NCBI GenBank assembly: GCA_030445745.1 | Contig: JASUTE010000005.1 | Coordinates: 68,501-132,500, forward strand | Direction of reading: 5' to 3' | DNA: 64,000 nt | Source of the DNA: Candidatus Cloacimonadota bacterium | GTDB lineage: Bacteria > Cloacimonadota > Cloacimonadia > Cloacimonadales > TCS61 | Part shown: piece after piece, positions 63,781 to 64,000 of the stretch | How the letters are laid out: every line of letters starts with the position of its first letter | Numbering within the stretch: the stretch's first letter is position 1 | Translations under genes and position numbers: made by a program | Notes under the pieces: generated by a model | Database searches by the model: none | What the model was told of the DNA's origin: nothing | The model's input: only the letters and a program-made list of their open reading frames with translations

Positions 63781-64000
63781 CTCACTCCAGCCTTCGCGCA
63801 AACTCAATTGTAGTTTTCTCTTACTACGCAAGAGGAAAACTTATGAGGTTCGAGGAGAAAATCCTCACTCCAGCCCTATGGAATCGGCAAAGCCGGCAGC
63901 AAAGCTGCATTCCACTGGGCCAGCCCTATGGAATCGGCAAAGTCAGTCATCCTCACCCCAGCCCTCTTCCTCTGTCGATAGAGAGGGAGCATGGTCTTAT
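63781..64000. repeat. Intergenic cluster of short direct repeats and hairpins, truncated by window end
   Basis: CTCAC(T/C)CCAGCC occurs three times (63781, 63864, 63952). A perfect 22-nt repeat CAGCCCTATGGAATCGGCAAAG occurs twice (63871-63892, 63921-63942). Hairpins include GTTTTCTCTT/AAGAGGAAAAC and GCAGC-aaa-GCTGC. The region is GC-richer than its surroundings. Confidence 0.6.

Noticed and set aside
63781-64000. Possibility that the terminal repeats are a CRISPR array.
   Set aside because: There are only two copies of the 22-mer and three of a 12-mer, with unequal spacings (50, 83 and 88 nt). The repeats are interleaved rather than forming a regular repeat-spacer lattice. No cas genes are in the window.

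Overview
Compact, AT-rich bacterial chromosome segment: about 75 protein genes, one tRNA and two decayed genes. I saw no rRNA, CRISPR array, transposase or integrase.

**Likely lifestyle.** Gene content suggests a strict anaerobe living on amino-acid and one-carbon fermentation. I cannot assign a lineage from sequence alone.

**Core blocks**
- 1-3331: an O2/ROS-defence gene string (flavodiiron protein, ferritin, desulfoferrodoxin, peroxiredoxin, rubrerythrin, a 46-aa rubredoxin absent from the ORF track, ferritin-like protein).
- 4341-9866: fhs followed by an nqrBCDEF-type membrane redox cluster with no nqrA.
- 15327-24413 (minus strand): the classic rimP-nusA-ylxR-L7Ae-infB-rbfA-nrnA-truB-ribF string, then radA.
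- 31379-42122: queF, tRNA-Arg(CCG), trmB, prfB with its +1 frameshift, uppS, cdsA, rfbB and envelope genes.
- 42160-54573 (minus strand): a 12-kb co-directional string from tilS-hpt-ftsH-hslVU to a MATE exporter.
- 54690-63703: iorAB, a CoA-disulfide-reductase/rhodanese fusion, an ABC-F ATPase, a PAP2 phosphatase and ornithine carbamoyltransferase.

**Most unusual regions**
1. 28.3-31.3 kb is a very AT-rich cassette. It holds two tandem ECF-like sigma factors that share a near-identical C-terminal domain of unknown function. Divergent from them are two copies of an exactly spaced bipartite motif (TTCGTCCCCTTT-N12-CGTATATA) placed ahead of two tiny genes, one of which encodes an exported peptide.
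2. 45.5-48.7 kb is an AT-rich methyltransferase-endonuclease-methyltransferase module, translationally coupled into the hslU operon.
3. 26.95-28.26 kb is a DUF5320-type tandem pair with NifX-like and VOC genes.

**Smaller oddities:** an rfbB that needs an ATT start, an HPP-family pseudogene, a 3' remnant of an acyl-ACP/CoA synthetase, a YrdC/LMW-phosphatase fusion, and a GC-richer repeat cluster cut by the window end.
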